From Eledone cirrhosa (Eukaryota), in NCBI GenBank assembly GCA_964016885.1, contig OZ024741.1, positions 326,988,001 through 327,052,000 of the forward strand: a stretch of 64,000 nt of DNA. The letters run 5' to 3'. Of the stretch, positions 44,051-60,595 are shown one piece after another; within the stretch, counting starts at the first letter, position 1; every line of letters begins with the position of its first letter. The position numbers were made by a program, and so were the translations under genes. The notes below the pieces were generated by a model. That model had not been told where the DNA came from. It did no database searches and was given only the letters and a program-made list of their open reading frames with translations.

Positions 44051-44717
44051 ATATATCTCTAGCCCGGGGTTTTCATTCGCTTTTTGGAAATATCCGATCT
44101 TGAATAAATCAAGGAGTTTCGAAATCATCGGGAGACAAACTCAATTGGACAAAGAATTTTCTTACATCATCCCCCCTAGAAACAAATTGAAAATGGCTTA
44201 TTCAAAATGTCACGTACGTGGATACTGGTCAATTCTTAGCTATTTTGAATTCGTCATTATGTGGAGCGGTGAAAACAAGTAAACGCAAAGACAAAACCAC
44301 GTAAATGGTAGAACAGAAATAGTAGACCAATATTCTATTTAGGAAACCGAAAGATTCTCGGCTACATACCCATGGCGAGTGTTTTCGCGTATGTTTGTGT
44401 ATGTGCGTATATGGATGCGTGTATGGATATATTTAATTTCAATTACATCTGTATTTTATTTACTTTATTGTCGACTCTGTAGCCGAGAATCATTCGGTTT
44501 CCTAAATAGAATTTTAGTCTACGAGTTCTGTTCTACCATTTACGTGGTTTTGTCTTTGCTTGTAATTGTCTTCAACGGTCCAAATAATGACGTATTATCT
44601 TCGTTTTTTTTCATTCTTTGCCAGAGGAACGTTTCCACGAACCAAAGTATCGTCTTTCTGTCTTCGGTTGCAACGTTTTTGAAATATTTACTTCTGCGTT
44701 CAGAGATTGACGTTTTT

Positions 44718-44768
44718 AGTTTCAGAAGATCCCGTTAAGGGTGAAAGCAGCGATTCTTTGCTTAAACT
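44718..44768 (+). ncRNA. Type I hammerhead, core U4 changed to A
   Basis: AGTTT CAGAAGA T CCC-GTTAA-GGG T GAAA GCA-GCGATTCTT-TGC TT AAACT. Confidence 0.6.
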
Positions 44769-45224
44769 TTAATCTGTTATTTTAATAAATATTTGCTCTA
44801 CGTTCTTATATATTTGATATATATTAATCGTTATCGAGCCCTCTTTGGATTTTAGTCTTCAAATTTATTATTATTACTATATATAGAGAGGCAGACATAC
44901 ATAGACATATTATAAGAGCGCGACGTTATAGCTATATATCTATCTAAAAAGACAGACTAAGAATGGGTGGGGAATGTCGTATAACCGTAAGTATTTACAT
45001 TTGAACATTTTAAAGAAGTGAATATTTAAATAAACGATAAAATATCTTTAATCTTTTAACGAAATTTAGAAGACAAAAATACCCTCACTTTCTTACTTGG
45101 AAAAAAAGTTACATCTATGGTGCTTTTTGGTGCTTTTTGGTCCAGCCGTTTGGCGAAAGGTTTGTTACATACATACGGCGGTCAGCTTTATAACACACAC
45201 ACACACACATATATATATATAATA

Positions 45225-45415
45225 ATAATTGTCTGTACTATTGGCACTAGGCCAGCAATTATCCCAGTGCATTACAGGTACTTTATTTTATCGACCACGT
45301 AAGGATGAAAGTCAAAGTTAACCTCGGCGGGATATGATCTCAGACCATAAAGGGGCGTAACTCTATCCTGCAAAGCATGGCATTTGTCCCTCTTACGATA
45401 CTGCCAATTCACCAT
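45225..45415 (-). mobile_element. SINE family A
   Basis: GGCCAGCAATTATCCCAGTGCATT...AAGTTAACCTCGGCGGGATATGATCTCAG...GATACTGCCAATTCACC. Confidence 0.85.
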
Positions 45416-45423
45416 AATAATTT

Positions 45424-45454
<31 letters not shown>

Positions 45455-45539
45455 AACACACACACATTTGTTGAGTGCTTTATATCAGTTATAAAAATAT
45501 TTTGGTTGTTGTATCCCAGCAAATTAAATATAACCTCTG

Positions 45540-45624
<85 letters not shown>

Positions 45625-45628
<4 letters not shown>

Positions 45629-47506
45629 GTTTGAATATGTATAATAAAGCCAAAACAATGCAGGTATGGACATAAAAAAAAGAATGCAATTGCAAAAGAT
45701 ATTGTTGACGATTCGTCTTTTACCTTAGATTTATTTAAATGTCCTTAATTTTCGAGATAATATCTCTTCTTCAGAGCGAAATGAAGGTCTCAAACCAGCG
45801 TTCTAAATATCTTGCCAAGCCATGCTGACAGGAAATAGTATAGAGTATCTGTTCTATCTCTAATGTCAAAGATTTAAAAGTAGGTGGATAAAGAGTAGTC
45901 TCCCTTTAAAAGGGGTTTGTTTAGGTTTTTTTATATATATATACATGCCTGTTTAAGTGTCTGGGAGAATGCATGAAGGTGTAAGTATGTGAGTGTGTGT
46001 GTGTGAGTGTGAGAAGATAAGTATATTCGTAAATGTGGGGGATAGGTGTTATCTGGTGTTAGAACTGGTTTTGTGTGTGTATGTGTGAGAGAGAATAAGT
46101 GGAGGTGTAAGCGTGTGTGTGTGTGTGGGGGGGTGTAAATATGGAGCTAGAAGCTCTATTAGGTTATAAATTGGGTATTGAGTTCTAGTCTATTATTGAT
46201 TTGGGGTTGTGTTTTATCTATAATTAGTGCTTCCTTAATTCTAAAATTGCCGAGGTTTCTTTCCTTTGAGTACAGGTACCTGTTCGTACATTTCAGATCG
46301 GCCCTCCCACTCGGTGCCAAGTTCGGATACATAAGGAACGAACTGGCGCGTATCCGGAACAAATGCACCGACGCTAGAGACCGAGACACACACCACACAT
46401 TTCCTGGAAGTACTCAAACTGAACGGATACACGACATCCACCACAAACCATGCCAGAAAGAACAGAGGAAACCACACCCGAGGCACTAACACTTGCTTCC
46501 TGAAGCTCCCACACTTCAGTGAAGAAACAACAGCAGCCATCCCCAGAGCCATCAGACGAGAGGAACTAGATATCCAACTGGCCCACTCAGGTCCTTCTCT
46601 ACGCGGACAGCTAACCAAAAGACACTCCACCAGACATGACAACTGCTGCAGACTAGCCAACTGCCCCATCAACGACACAGACCTATGCCACCAGGCCTAC
46701 GTCGTATACAGACTAGAGTGTGACAAATGCAACAACTTCTACGTAGGTAGCACCACCAGACCACTCCACATAAGAATAAAAGAACACCTCAATACTAACG
46801 CTTGCTCATTTAAGAAACACCTAGTTAAATGCAAAAACACCGACAAAACCATAACATTTAGGATAGAAACTAAGGAAAGAAACCTCGGCAATCTTAAAAC
46901 ACAACCACCAATCAATAATAGACTAGAACTCAACACCCAATTTATAATCTGACAGGGCCTCTAGCCCCATATTTACACATCCCACACACACACTTACACA
47001 TCTACTTATTCTCTCTCACACATACACACACAAAACCAGTTCTAACACCAGATAACACCTATCCCCCACATTTACGAATAGACTTATCTTCTCACACTCA
47101 CATACTTACACCTTCATGCATTCTCCCACACACTTAAACAAGCATGTATATATAAAAAAAGAACCCTAAACAAACCCCTTTTAAAGGGAGACTACTCTTT
47201 ATCCACCTAATTTTAACACTTTGACGTTAGAGATAGAACAGATACTCTATACTATTTCCTGTCAGCATGGTTTGGCAAGATATTTAGAACGCTGGTTTGA
47301 GACCTTCATTTCCCTCTGAAGAAGAGATATTATCTCGAAAATTAAGGACATTTAAATAAATCTAAGGTAAAAGACGAATCGTCAACAATATCTTTTGCAA
47401 TTGCATTCTTTTTTCTATGTCCATACCTGCATTGTTTTGGCTTTATTATACATATTCGAACGTTTATACCTCATTACACAATGCTTCAAGTGAACTATAA
47501 CCTCCT

Positions 47507-47510
<4 letters not shown>
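45625..47510 (+). mobile_element. 5'-truncated PLE with ~640-bp inverted copy of its 3' end; HHR at 47313-47347
   Basis: YLFVHFRSALPLGAKFGYIRNELARIRNKC; CRLANCPI...VVYRLECDKCNNFYVGSTTRPLHIRIKEH; 45625-46265 is the reverse complement of ~46870-47465; HHR CCT CTGAAGA A GAGAT-ATT-ATCTC GAAA AT TA AGG. Confidence 0.92.
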
Positions 47511-47556
<46 letters not shown>

Positions 47557-48093
47557 GTTATTCCGGATTGAATCGGAGGTAACCACATTAAGTAAGGTAC
47601 TCAATACATAGCAAAGTATAAAAGTTTTAATATAGATGAGATTTTACAGGACTAGGAATGTTTTATTCTTTAGAAATCATCAGGGATCTGGTTCTCCAAA
47701 AAGGAGGACATTGGTTGAAAGAAAAGGGAATTCATTAAAAGCCAATTCTTTAAGGCTATAATTTATATTTAGAGTGAAAAAGGAGGAAAGAATGATATAA
47801 ACAAGTTCAGAATGGGGTTGTACTCCTTATTCTTCGGTTTCTCTTAAGCTAACAATGCCTATATTTCAGGTGTCTATAAGATGGTTGGGGGTCGGTCATG
47901 GTTGATGTGTTTAAAGAAAGGGAAAAATCTTTAAAAGTTACTTCTTTAAAGCTCTACTTAGCGTGACAAAGGCCGACAGAATTCTATAAACCATTTCAAA
48001 ATATTGGGTGCTTATCATATCATTATTTTCATATTTCTCTTAAGCTATATTTCAGGTGTCAACAGGCACATTCACATACACACACACACACCC

Positions 48094-48211
<118 letters not shown>

Positions 48212-48623
48212 AAAAAGGGATGAAATCGAAAATGCAACTGAAGTCTTATTTTTTTAAAAAATATATATATTTATTTGGTTCCTTTACCGGTTTCGCAGTT
48301 CTTCTGCTTTTCAAAAGGTGAGTTGAGATGGAGGGTCTGTGGTTTTTCTCACATCTGGTTGGTCTCTAAATGTTACTTGTTTTATATGGAAAAACTGGCT
48401 CGAAAACCAGGTTTTTCGAGAAGTAATTTGATTGGTTTGTCAATAATTATAATAAATTTCGCGCCAGTTCGCGTTACAATAGTTCTTCAAATAAGAGAGG
48501 AGGGGGTTGTCACAGGTTGTTTTTTCATATATGAGTGTTTGAATTTCTTTTTACTTGAAAAAATGAGGCTCACGAAGGCTTTTTTTTTTTTTTTTTTTTT
48601 TTTTTTTTGTAAAAAAACCTCAC

Positions 48624-48666
<43 letters not shown>

Positions 48667-48709
48667 TACATATATACACACACATATATATATATATATA
48701 CCCCCCCCC

Positions 48710-48791
<82 letters not shown>

Positions 48792-48834
48792 CATATAAAT
48801 ATACACATATATATAAACATATACAAACACATCT

Positions 48835-49462
48835 ACCGGATATTCTTCACTTTGCTGAACACACACTTCCCCATACAACATAGGTACTAGACCATCTTTA
48901 ATAAGAACACAATAAGACTCTCCTACTCCACCACACCTAATCTAGCTAGGAATATAGCCAATCACAATTCTAAAAAAATTAAATAAGCCAACCACCTCCG
49001 AACCCAATTCCTGACTGGGGCGTTGTGTAATTGACTAAATAAGTAAGCCTCCCACTTCAAAACAAATGCCTAACAAATGATATCGTATACAAATGCGATG
49101 TCATCTCAGGCACCGATGATTGCAACAACAAAAAGACTTACATCGGCATGACTTCCAATAACTTTAAGACCCGTTGGTTTGCCCTTACCTACTCCTCCAG
49201 AAGACCGGACAAATCATACCAGACAACACTCGCCTCCTTTGTTTGGGACCTCAAAAGGAACTCCACCTCCTTCAGGCTTAAATGGAAAATACTCCAGAAA
49301 GCGCGCTCATACAACGGAGGACACAAAGGCTGCGACATTTGTATCTCAGAGAGCTACGAAATGTTATTCACCAAGGGCCGGGTACTGAACAAACTCTCTC
49401 AACACTGCCCGAACTGCATGCACAAAAACTTTGCAACTTTAAAATACCTTAAGCCAGTGTAA
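48835..49462 (+). pseudogene. PLE GIY-YIG fragment (Naiad-like)
   Basis: [16 protein letters not shown]; CLTNDIVYKCDV...YIGMTSNNFKTRW...TTLASFVWDLK...CDICISE...LNKLSQHCPNCMHK. Confidence 0.88.
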
Positions 49463-49783
49463 ATGCTCGATGGCGAAAAACGACTCCCCCTTTTTTTTAA
49501 ACGCCAGCCGACAAAATAGCCCCTCTACCTCCTTCCCACCACACACTTACTCCTCAACCTGAAACACGGCACTATGCTTATGTAAGTATCTCTTACCTAT
49601 CTTAATTTTCTGCTTGTAGACCTGTTTTTATGTGATGTGTATATGCGTATATTTATGAGTACGTGTTTGTATGTATTTGTATGACTGGCCGTTCGTCTGT
49701 ATGTATATCGCTGTGTGTAGGTGTATTCACATATACCTGCATATGGCAGGTTTGTGTATGTTTGTGTGTGTGTATATATATAT

Positions 49784-49952
<169 letters not shown>

Positions 49953-50019
49953 CTAATATATATATATATATATATATATATGTCGTTTCTGAATTTGTTT
50001 AGCAAGATTCTTTATCTGA

Positions 50020-50560
50020 AAACGTGTGTTAAAACCGATATTGTTATACTTTGGGAGACGCAATGTTTAGAAAAATCACAGAGGCAATAAACATAAATGA
50101 ATTACAACCAAAATTAAATAGAAAACATGAGTGGAACAGCAACATCACAACTTACAATTAAGGACAAAATGAAAACATACACGCACATAGAACAAACAAC
50201 CAACCAGTAACATGTAAATAAACAAATAATTTAAACGAATATAAACACAGACAGACACCCAGATGTAACACATGCGCAAACTAAGCACACAACAGACACA
50301 CAAAAACAAGATGGCGTAGGACAGAACAAAGGAGAGGCACAAAAAACAAAGAAAAGAATCCCCAGTCACTGAAGAGGTCACAGAATGTGTGACGAAAGAA
50401 CTTTGACAATGTATAAACAAACATCTGGTTGTGGAACCAACCAACCAACCGGAAATTTATAAATTCCTAAATGTATAAGTTTATTATAATAAATTGAAGT
50501 GAAAGCAGCTGGTGCATGTGTTTCTTATTGGCAAAATGACCCTCTCAAAGTTTAACAATA
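50020..50560 (+). mobile_element. PLE 3' repeat with HHR (50365-50407) and short inverted end
   Basis: GTCA CTGAAGA G GTCACA-GAATG-TGTGAC GAAA GAAC TT TGAC; ends ATGACCCTCTCAAAGTTTAACAAT like 25510-25533. Confidence 0.7.
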
Positions 50561-50618
50561 TATATATATGTATATATCTATATCTATATATATATCTGTA
50601 TCTATATATATGTATATA

Positions 50619-50743
<125 letters not shown>

Positions 50744-50744
50744 G

Positions 50745-50881
<137 letters not shown>

Positions 50882-50956
50882 ATATATATATATATTCATT
50901 TGTTAAACAAAGCACGACCACAAACTTCACAAGGAAGACATTATTAAAAGATTGTC

Positions 50957-50991
<35 letters not shown>

Positions 50992-51201
50992 TGTGAGAAA
51001 AACCACAGACCCTCCATCTCAACTCTACTTTGGAAAAGCAGAAGAACTGCGAAACCGGTAAAGGAACCAAATAAATATATTTATTTTTTTAAATAAGTCT
51101 CCAGTTGCATTTTCGATTTCATCTTTTTTTCTTTATACTTTCACCCGTGTAGGACACCTCTGTTATTTTTCATTTTGTAAAAACAACCTCACTTTCTAAT
51201 A

Positions 51202-51287
<86 letters not shown>

Positions 51288-51308
51288 AATATATATATAT
51301 AAATATAT

Positions 51309-52760
51309 AAATAGCTTAGAGTTTAGACTCAAGGAGGTCATTTACAATCATTTCAGCTCTAAGAATCGCTTCTGAGCAGTATAAATTAATATTTGATGAA
51401 CATTTACATGTTATAGTTACAATTGACTAATAAGATCGCTAGAGTGAAAAATCTTAATTCAACAACATAAGGTCTGCCTGTACGATCTAGAAAATAATAA
51501 ATCAATACTCACAGACTCATATGGGCAAAAAGCCTTGGTACCTAGACACGTTTAAAATTCAAAATACAAACTTTTTCCGCAGATCGGTCAGAACTTCAAA
51601 CTTCAAACATGTTTCACAAAGTATGGTATAATAGTAAAATAATTAACTAATTAGCAGTGAGTTAATCAACTTTTTCTGTGTTTATCAATAGGTACCCAGA
51701 TAAAAATAAAATAACTCTACCTCAGAAAAATATCTAAGGTCTGGTTAGCGTAGCGAAAATACACGAGGTTTTGCACACGGCTTATTCCAGTCCTCTAACG
51801 TCCCACACATAGTGCTAGAAATAACAGCCGTTTATATGGGATTACAAAATTCAGCTCACCTGGGGGAGCAGTGATAAATAGCTTAGAGTTTAGACTCAAG
51901 GAGGTCATTTACAATCATTTCAGCTCTAGGAATCGCTTCTGAGCAGTATAAATTAATATTTGATGAACATTTACATGTTATAGTTGCAATTGACTAATAA
52001 GATCGCTAGAGTGAAAAATCTTAATTCAACAACATAAGGTCTGCCTGTACGATCTAGAAAATAATAAATCAATACTCACAGACTCATATGGGCAAAAAGC
52101 CTTGGTACCTAGACACGTTTAAAATTCAAAATACAAACTTTTTCCGCAGATCGGTCAGAACTTCAAACTTCAAACTTCAAACATGTTTCACATTCGCTCA
52201 GAAGCGATTCCTAGAGCTGAACTGATTGTAAATGACCTCCTTGAGTCTAAACTCTAAGCTATTTATCACTGCTCCCCCAGGTGAGCTGAATTTTGTAATC
52301 CCATATAAACGGCTGTTATTTCTAGCACTATGTGTGGGACGTTAGAGGACTGGAATAAGCCGTGTGCAAAACCTCGTGTATTTTCACTACGCTAACCAGA
52401 CCTTAGATATTTTTCTGAGGTAGAGTTATTTTATTTTTATCTGGGTACCTATTGATAAACACAGAAAAAGTTGATTAACTCACTGCTAATTAGTTAATTA
52501 TTTTACTATTATACCATACTTTGTGAAACATGTTTGAAGTTTGAAGTTCTGACCGATCTGCGGAAAAAGTTTGTATTTTGAATTTTAAACGTGTCTAGGT
52601 ACCAAGGCTTTTTGCCCATATGAGTCTGTGAGTATTGATTTATTATTTTCTAGATCGTACAGGCAGACCTTATGTTGTTGAATTAAGATTTTTCACTCTA
52701 GCGATCTTATTAGTCAATTGCAACTATAACATGTAAATGTTCATCAAATATTAATTTATA
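51309..52760 (+). mobile_element. Structured tandem element family S, 567-bp unit x ~1.55 followed by one inverted unit
   Basis: AAATAGCTTAGAGTTTAGACTCAAGG at 51309 and 51876; orientation flips at ~52193. Confidence 0.9.
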
Positions 52761-52860
52761 TAAATATATATATATATATAAGTATTGAAGTTTCCGTTGA
52801 AAATTTAAAAAGTCATAGGAGTGAAGAGTGCTCTATGTAAGAACCAGATCAAAATTCAAT

Positions 52861-55088
52861 GTATAATAAACAATACAATATAATTACCTCATTACCAGAG
52901 GTTTCCTGAAAAAAGACGAATACGAAAAACGTCCTAATTCGTTCGTCGGACAAGGCAATTTAAATATTTGGAAACTCTCCCCAAGAAATGCAAAAAATAT
53001 ATAAATAAAGGTAATGAAAGAGATATATAAAAAAAATATAAGGAAATATAGTTAGGGTATATGGATATGTATGTATATACACTCACAAATGTACATATGT
53101 GTATATGTACAAATGCATGTGTATGGTGAAAATGTGTGCATAAGTACATATATGAGGGCAAGTATATTTGTGTATATGTGACCACAAATACGTATATAAT
53201 ATAAGTTGAAAAAGACATTGTATGAAAATATAGTTGACACGCATCCAGATACAGGTATTAAATACACATACGAGTATGAAATCACGCGTATAAACACACA
53301 CACACGCGCGGTCACTTATATGCGGAAGATAAAGAGGGAAGGGGGTGTAATAGTAAAAAGAAGTGTCATTCTCGATATATGTATAAAAATGAAACAATAT
53401 ATGAGAATCAAAAAAATTTTAAATCAAAGAGAAATTAATCAATTAACACTAGAGAAAAGAAAATATAGGTAGGCACGTACATACGCATATTAATATAAAA
53501 AATATTTGTACACACAAATAAGTACAGACAAAAGCGCATGCATGCGTAGATACATACACACGAGGTACGTATATATATATATATATCGCCCCAAGTGTAT
53601 CTAATCACACGTACGTACGCGACTATATATATATATATATACATATACATACACACCCATACATACATATACATATATACACATATACATCACATACACA
53701 TACATTCACCCACATACACACACACGTAAAAATAAGAATGTAAGAAACATAGATATAAGAAAACATAGATATAAAAACACACATATACACACATATATAC
53801 GTACGCACGCACACATACGTAGGCGTTCGTATACATATACAGAACGTATACACACATAAGCACACTCAGACACATAGATACAGATTATAAATCAGCCATA
53901 TGAATAAATGAGTACAAATATAAAATCGGCTGCCAAACATCAGAATATATCTGGAGTGGAAAACACAAGTGACAAGTGATATCAGGTAGTGAAAGAAAAT
54001 GGGGAAGTAAAATATTCTGTTGTTTCGCAGCCGATTTTATATTTGTACTCATTTATTCATATGGCTGATTTATAATCTGTATCTATGTGTCTGAGTGTGC
54101 TTATGTGTTATACGTTCTGTATATGTATACGAACGCCTCCGTATATGTGCGTGCGTACGTATATATGTGTGTGTATGTGTGTTTTTATATCTATGTTTTC
54201 TTATATCTATGTTTTTTACATTCTTATTTTTACGTGTGTGTGTATGTGGGTGAATGTATGTGTATGTGATGTATATGTGTATATATGTATATGTATGTAT
54301 GGGTGTGTATGTATATGTATATATATATATATATATATAGTCGCGTACGTACGTGTGATTAGATACACTTGGGGCGATATATATATATATACGTACCTCG
54401 TGTGTATGTATCTACGCATGCTTGCGCTTTTGTATGTACGTATTTGTGTGTCTAAATATTTTTATATATATATATGTGTATGTACGTGCCTACATATATT
54501 TTCTTTTCTCTAGTTTTAATTTATTACTTTCTCTTTGATTTAACATTTTTTTCATTCTCATATATTGTTTCATTTTTATACATATATCGAGAATGACACT
54601 TCTTTTTACTATTACACTCCCTTCCCTCTTTATCTTCCGCATATAAGTGACCGCGCGTGTGTGTGTGTTTATACGCGTGCTTCATACTCGTATGTATATT
54701 TAATACCTGAATCTGGATGCATACGATTTCTTTTTTAACTCATATTATATACGTATTTGTGGTCACATATACACAAATATACTTGCCCTCATATATGTAC
54801 ATACGCACACATTTCCACCATACAAATGCATTTGTACATACACATATATGTACATTTGTGAGTGTATATACATACATATACACATACCCTAACTATATTT
54901 CCTTATATTTTTTTATATATCTCTTTCAATACTTTTATTTATATATGTTTTGAATTTCTTGAGGAGACTTTCCAAATATTTCACTACGTGTTAAATTGCC
55001 TTGTCCGACGAACGAATGAGGACGTTTTTCGTATTCGTCTTATTCGGGAAACCTCTAGTAATGAGGTAATTATATTATATTGTTTATT

Positions 55089-55092
<4 letters not shown>
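52861..55092. repeat. Large inverted repeat, ~1.08-kb arms, ~63-bp spacer
   Basis: 52861-53948 mirrored by 54012-55092 (GTATAATAAACAATA.../...TATTGTTTATTATAC; CGGCTGC/GCAGCCG). Confidence 0.92.
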
Positions 55093-55145
<53 letters not shown>

Positions 55146-55187
55146 AGTAATAATAATAAATTTGAAGAATTAATATATATATATATA

Positions 55188-58066
<2,879 letters not shown>

Positions 58067-58374
58067 AATAAATATATATATATATATGAATAAATATATA
58101 TATATATATATGTATTTATATATATATATATGAATAAATATATATATATATATATGTATTTATATATATATATATATATACACGATATTAAATAAATGGA
58201 AACTATATTTATTAAACCATATTTATTTCGTTATATATATTTCAGGGATATCATATTAACAATATGCTATGCCTTCCTCAGACAAAATACAATATAAACA
58301 GTTTTATAGATAAATAGATTTGACATACCGTACAACATCAATACTGTTGAGCGCTTTATACTATAACTGAAAAA

Positions 58375-59967
58375 ATGGAATTCTTTAAGATTACTTCCTC
58401 TTTAAAAGACATACCTCTACCTAGAAACAAAGACTTTATAAAACAATTAATAGATAAATCTGACTCTTTTATAAGGAGAATCATGTGGCACGCATTCCAC
58501 TTTGATAAATCTAATATAAATGAAAATGTCTCGGACTTAAACAAAGTTTTCAAATCTAAAAGAAATCCACCCCCTAACAAACTTTTATCTGACTTTGAAA
58601 ACGATATAATTTCTATCATACAAGGGGTCAAATTCAAGAGAAACTTCAAAGGCCAGGAATATCTGAAAGCCATTAAGGATGATATTGAGAGCTTAGAGAA
58701 AACTGAGAAGATCTTGGTGAAATCTGACAAGACCAACAACCTCTATGGAGTGCAGAAAGACATGTATAATGGCCTCATACTGAAGGAACTGAGGAAAAAG
58801 TACAAGGTAGCAGATGAGGCCGAGCTTGAGAAAATGAATGTCGAAGCATCTTGTATAATGCACGAGTTGGAAATTGAGAACAGAACACAACCTTTCGTGC
58901 CCAGGAAACCGAAGATCAATATGAAAGATCACAAGAGGAATTTTGAAAATTACTTGCCAGTTAGATTGATCGCACCATCAAAATCGGATCTGGGCAAATT
59001 AAGCAAAAACATTCTTGACAGAGTGATACAGCAAATTAAGAACTTGGATTGTTTATCTAACCTGAGCTTGTGGAAGGGAACTGGAGAGGTTGTTGAGTGG
59101 TTTAAGCAAATTAAATATAACAATAATAATAAGTTTATTCAACTTGATATTGCTAACTATTATTCTTCTATTACCCCTAATCTACTAAATAAGGCACTAA
59201 ATTACGCATTCAAACATACAGACCTAACTAGCAATGAAATGCATATTATATTATCGGCTAGGAAAACATTGATAGAATTTAATGACCAACTATGGACCAG
59301 AGCAGATAGAGATAGCAATTTTGACATTACTATGGGATCATCCGACTCAGCTCAGGTAACTGACCTTGTGGGCTTATTTTTAATCAATTCGCTACATAGG
59401 AAAATACCTGGTACTACCGGAGGTTTATATAGAGATGACATGCTTTTACTTATTGATAATAATAACTCTGAACTAAATAGAAAACGTAAACAAATTACAC
59501 AATTTTTTAATTACTTTAATCTTAAAATAGAAATTGAGAACAACCATAGAATAGTCAATTTCCTAGATATAACATTAAATCTCAACACATGTCTTCACTA
59601 TCCTTTTCACAAGTTGAATGAAAACTTAAACTATGTCAGCTTTAACTCTAACCACCCCAGATCTGTCAAAAACACTATAGTAAACTCTGTTCAAAAACGT
59701 ATCTCTAGAATCTCGTCTAATAGAAAGATTTTCGACGAAAAAGCCCAGTACTACAATGAAGCGTTAGCTAGAGCAGGATATACTGATAAGATTATGTACA
59801 TAGATAATGATAGACAAACTAAACAAAATAACAACTATTTTAATTACGGCAACAACCTTAACAATTATAATAGAAAGCATTACAATAATTCCAAGGGCCA
59901 AAAAAGAAATAGAACTAGGAACATAATTTGGTTTGCCCCCCCCCCCCCCCTTCTCACTAAACATTAA
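58375..59967 (+). CDS. PLE reverse transcriptase (N-terminus, RT, thumb), Naiad-like; continues by frameshift
   Basis: SLKDIPLP...RRIMWHAFHF; KSDKTNNLY; MKDHKRNF...PVRLIAPSKSDLG; FIQLDIANYYSSI; ITMGSSDSAQVTDLVG; GLYRDDML; VNFLDITL; SNHP. Confidence 0.93.
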   Translation: MEFFKITSSLKDIPLPRNKDFIKQLIDKSDSFIRRIMWHAFHFDKSNINENVSDLNKVFKSKRNPPPNKLLSDFENDIISIIQGVKFKRNFKGQEYLKAIKDDIESLEKTEKILVKSDKTNNLYGVQKDMYNGLILKELRKKYKVADEAELEKMNVEASCIMHELEIENRTQPFVPRKPKINMKDHKRNFENYLPVRLIAPSKSDLGKLSKNILDRVIQQIKNLDCLSNLSLWKGTGEVVEWFKQIKYNNNNKFIQLDIANYYSSITPNLLNKALNYAFKHTDLTSNEMHIILSARKTLIEFNDQLWTRADRDSNFDITMGSSDSAQVTDLVGLFLINSLHRKIPGTTGGLYRDDMLLLIDNNNSELNRKRKQITQFFNYFNLKIEIENNHRIVNFLDITLNLNTCLHYPFHKLNENLNYVSFNSNHPRSVKNTIVNSVQKRISRISSNRKIFDEKAQYYNEALARAGYTDKIMYIDNDRQTKQNNNYFNYGNNLNNYNRKHYNNSKGQKRNRTRNIIWFAPPPPLLTKH

Positions 59968-60595
59968 AACCCACATCGCTAAACTATTTTTTAAAGCTCT
60001 TGATAATCGCTTCCCTAGAACACATAGGTATCACTCAATTTTCAATAGACATACTATAAAACTAACCTACTCATCCACCAAAAATTTAGCACAAAATATT
60101 AATAGAATAAATAATAGGAACTTAAAACCTAGTGATAATAGCATAAATAATATACCAGTTAACAAATGTAACTGTAGAGATAGATCTAAATGTCCGTTAA
60201 ATAACAACTGCTTAGTTAAAAATATAGTATACAATTGTAATGTTAAAACTGATTCTAATTCTTTTAACTACGTCGGCTCCACATCGACGGAATTTAAACT
60301 TCGCTATAATAACCACAAGAATTCTTTCACAGATCCAAGCAAAATATCTTCAACGGCACTATCAGGTGTACTCTGGCAACTTAAGCTAGATAACGTTAGA
60401 TATTCGACGGCTTGGAATATAATCTCAAGAGGGATTCCTTTTAATTCATCCTCTGAGACATGTGACCTCTGCGCAGAGGAGATATTCTTTATACTAAAAT
60501 CTAAAAATTCCCTTAATCTACGGACAAATTTATTCAGTTGCTGCAAACATAGATTAAACTCAACTTTTAAATATAAATTTAAATTTAAAATGTAG
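59933..60595 (+). CDS. PLE C-terminal Cys linker and GIY-YIG endonuclease (second frame of the same protein)
   Basis: PPFSLNIKT; CNCRDRSKCPLNNNCLVKNIVYNC...YVGSTSTEFKLRYNNHKNSF...CDLCAEE...LNLRTNLFSCCKH. Confidence 0.92.
   Translation: MPPPPPFSLNIKTHIAKLFFKALDNRFPRTHRYHSIFNRHTIKLTYSSTKNLAQNINRINNRNLKPSDNSINNIPVNKCNCRDRSKCPLNNNCLVKNIVYNCNVKTDSNSFNYVGSTSTEFKLRYNNHKNSFTDPSKISSTALSGVLWQLKLDNVRYSTAWNIISRGIPFNSSSETCDLCAEEIFFILKSKNSLNLRTNLFSCCKHRLNSTFKYKFKFKM

Noticed and set aside
58375-60595. Selenoprotein-type PLE (in-frame UGA plus SECIS), known for some Naiad elements
   Set aside because: No in-frame TGA in either ORF; the break is a frameshift and the stop is TAG.
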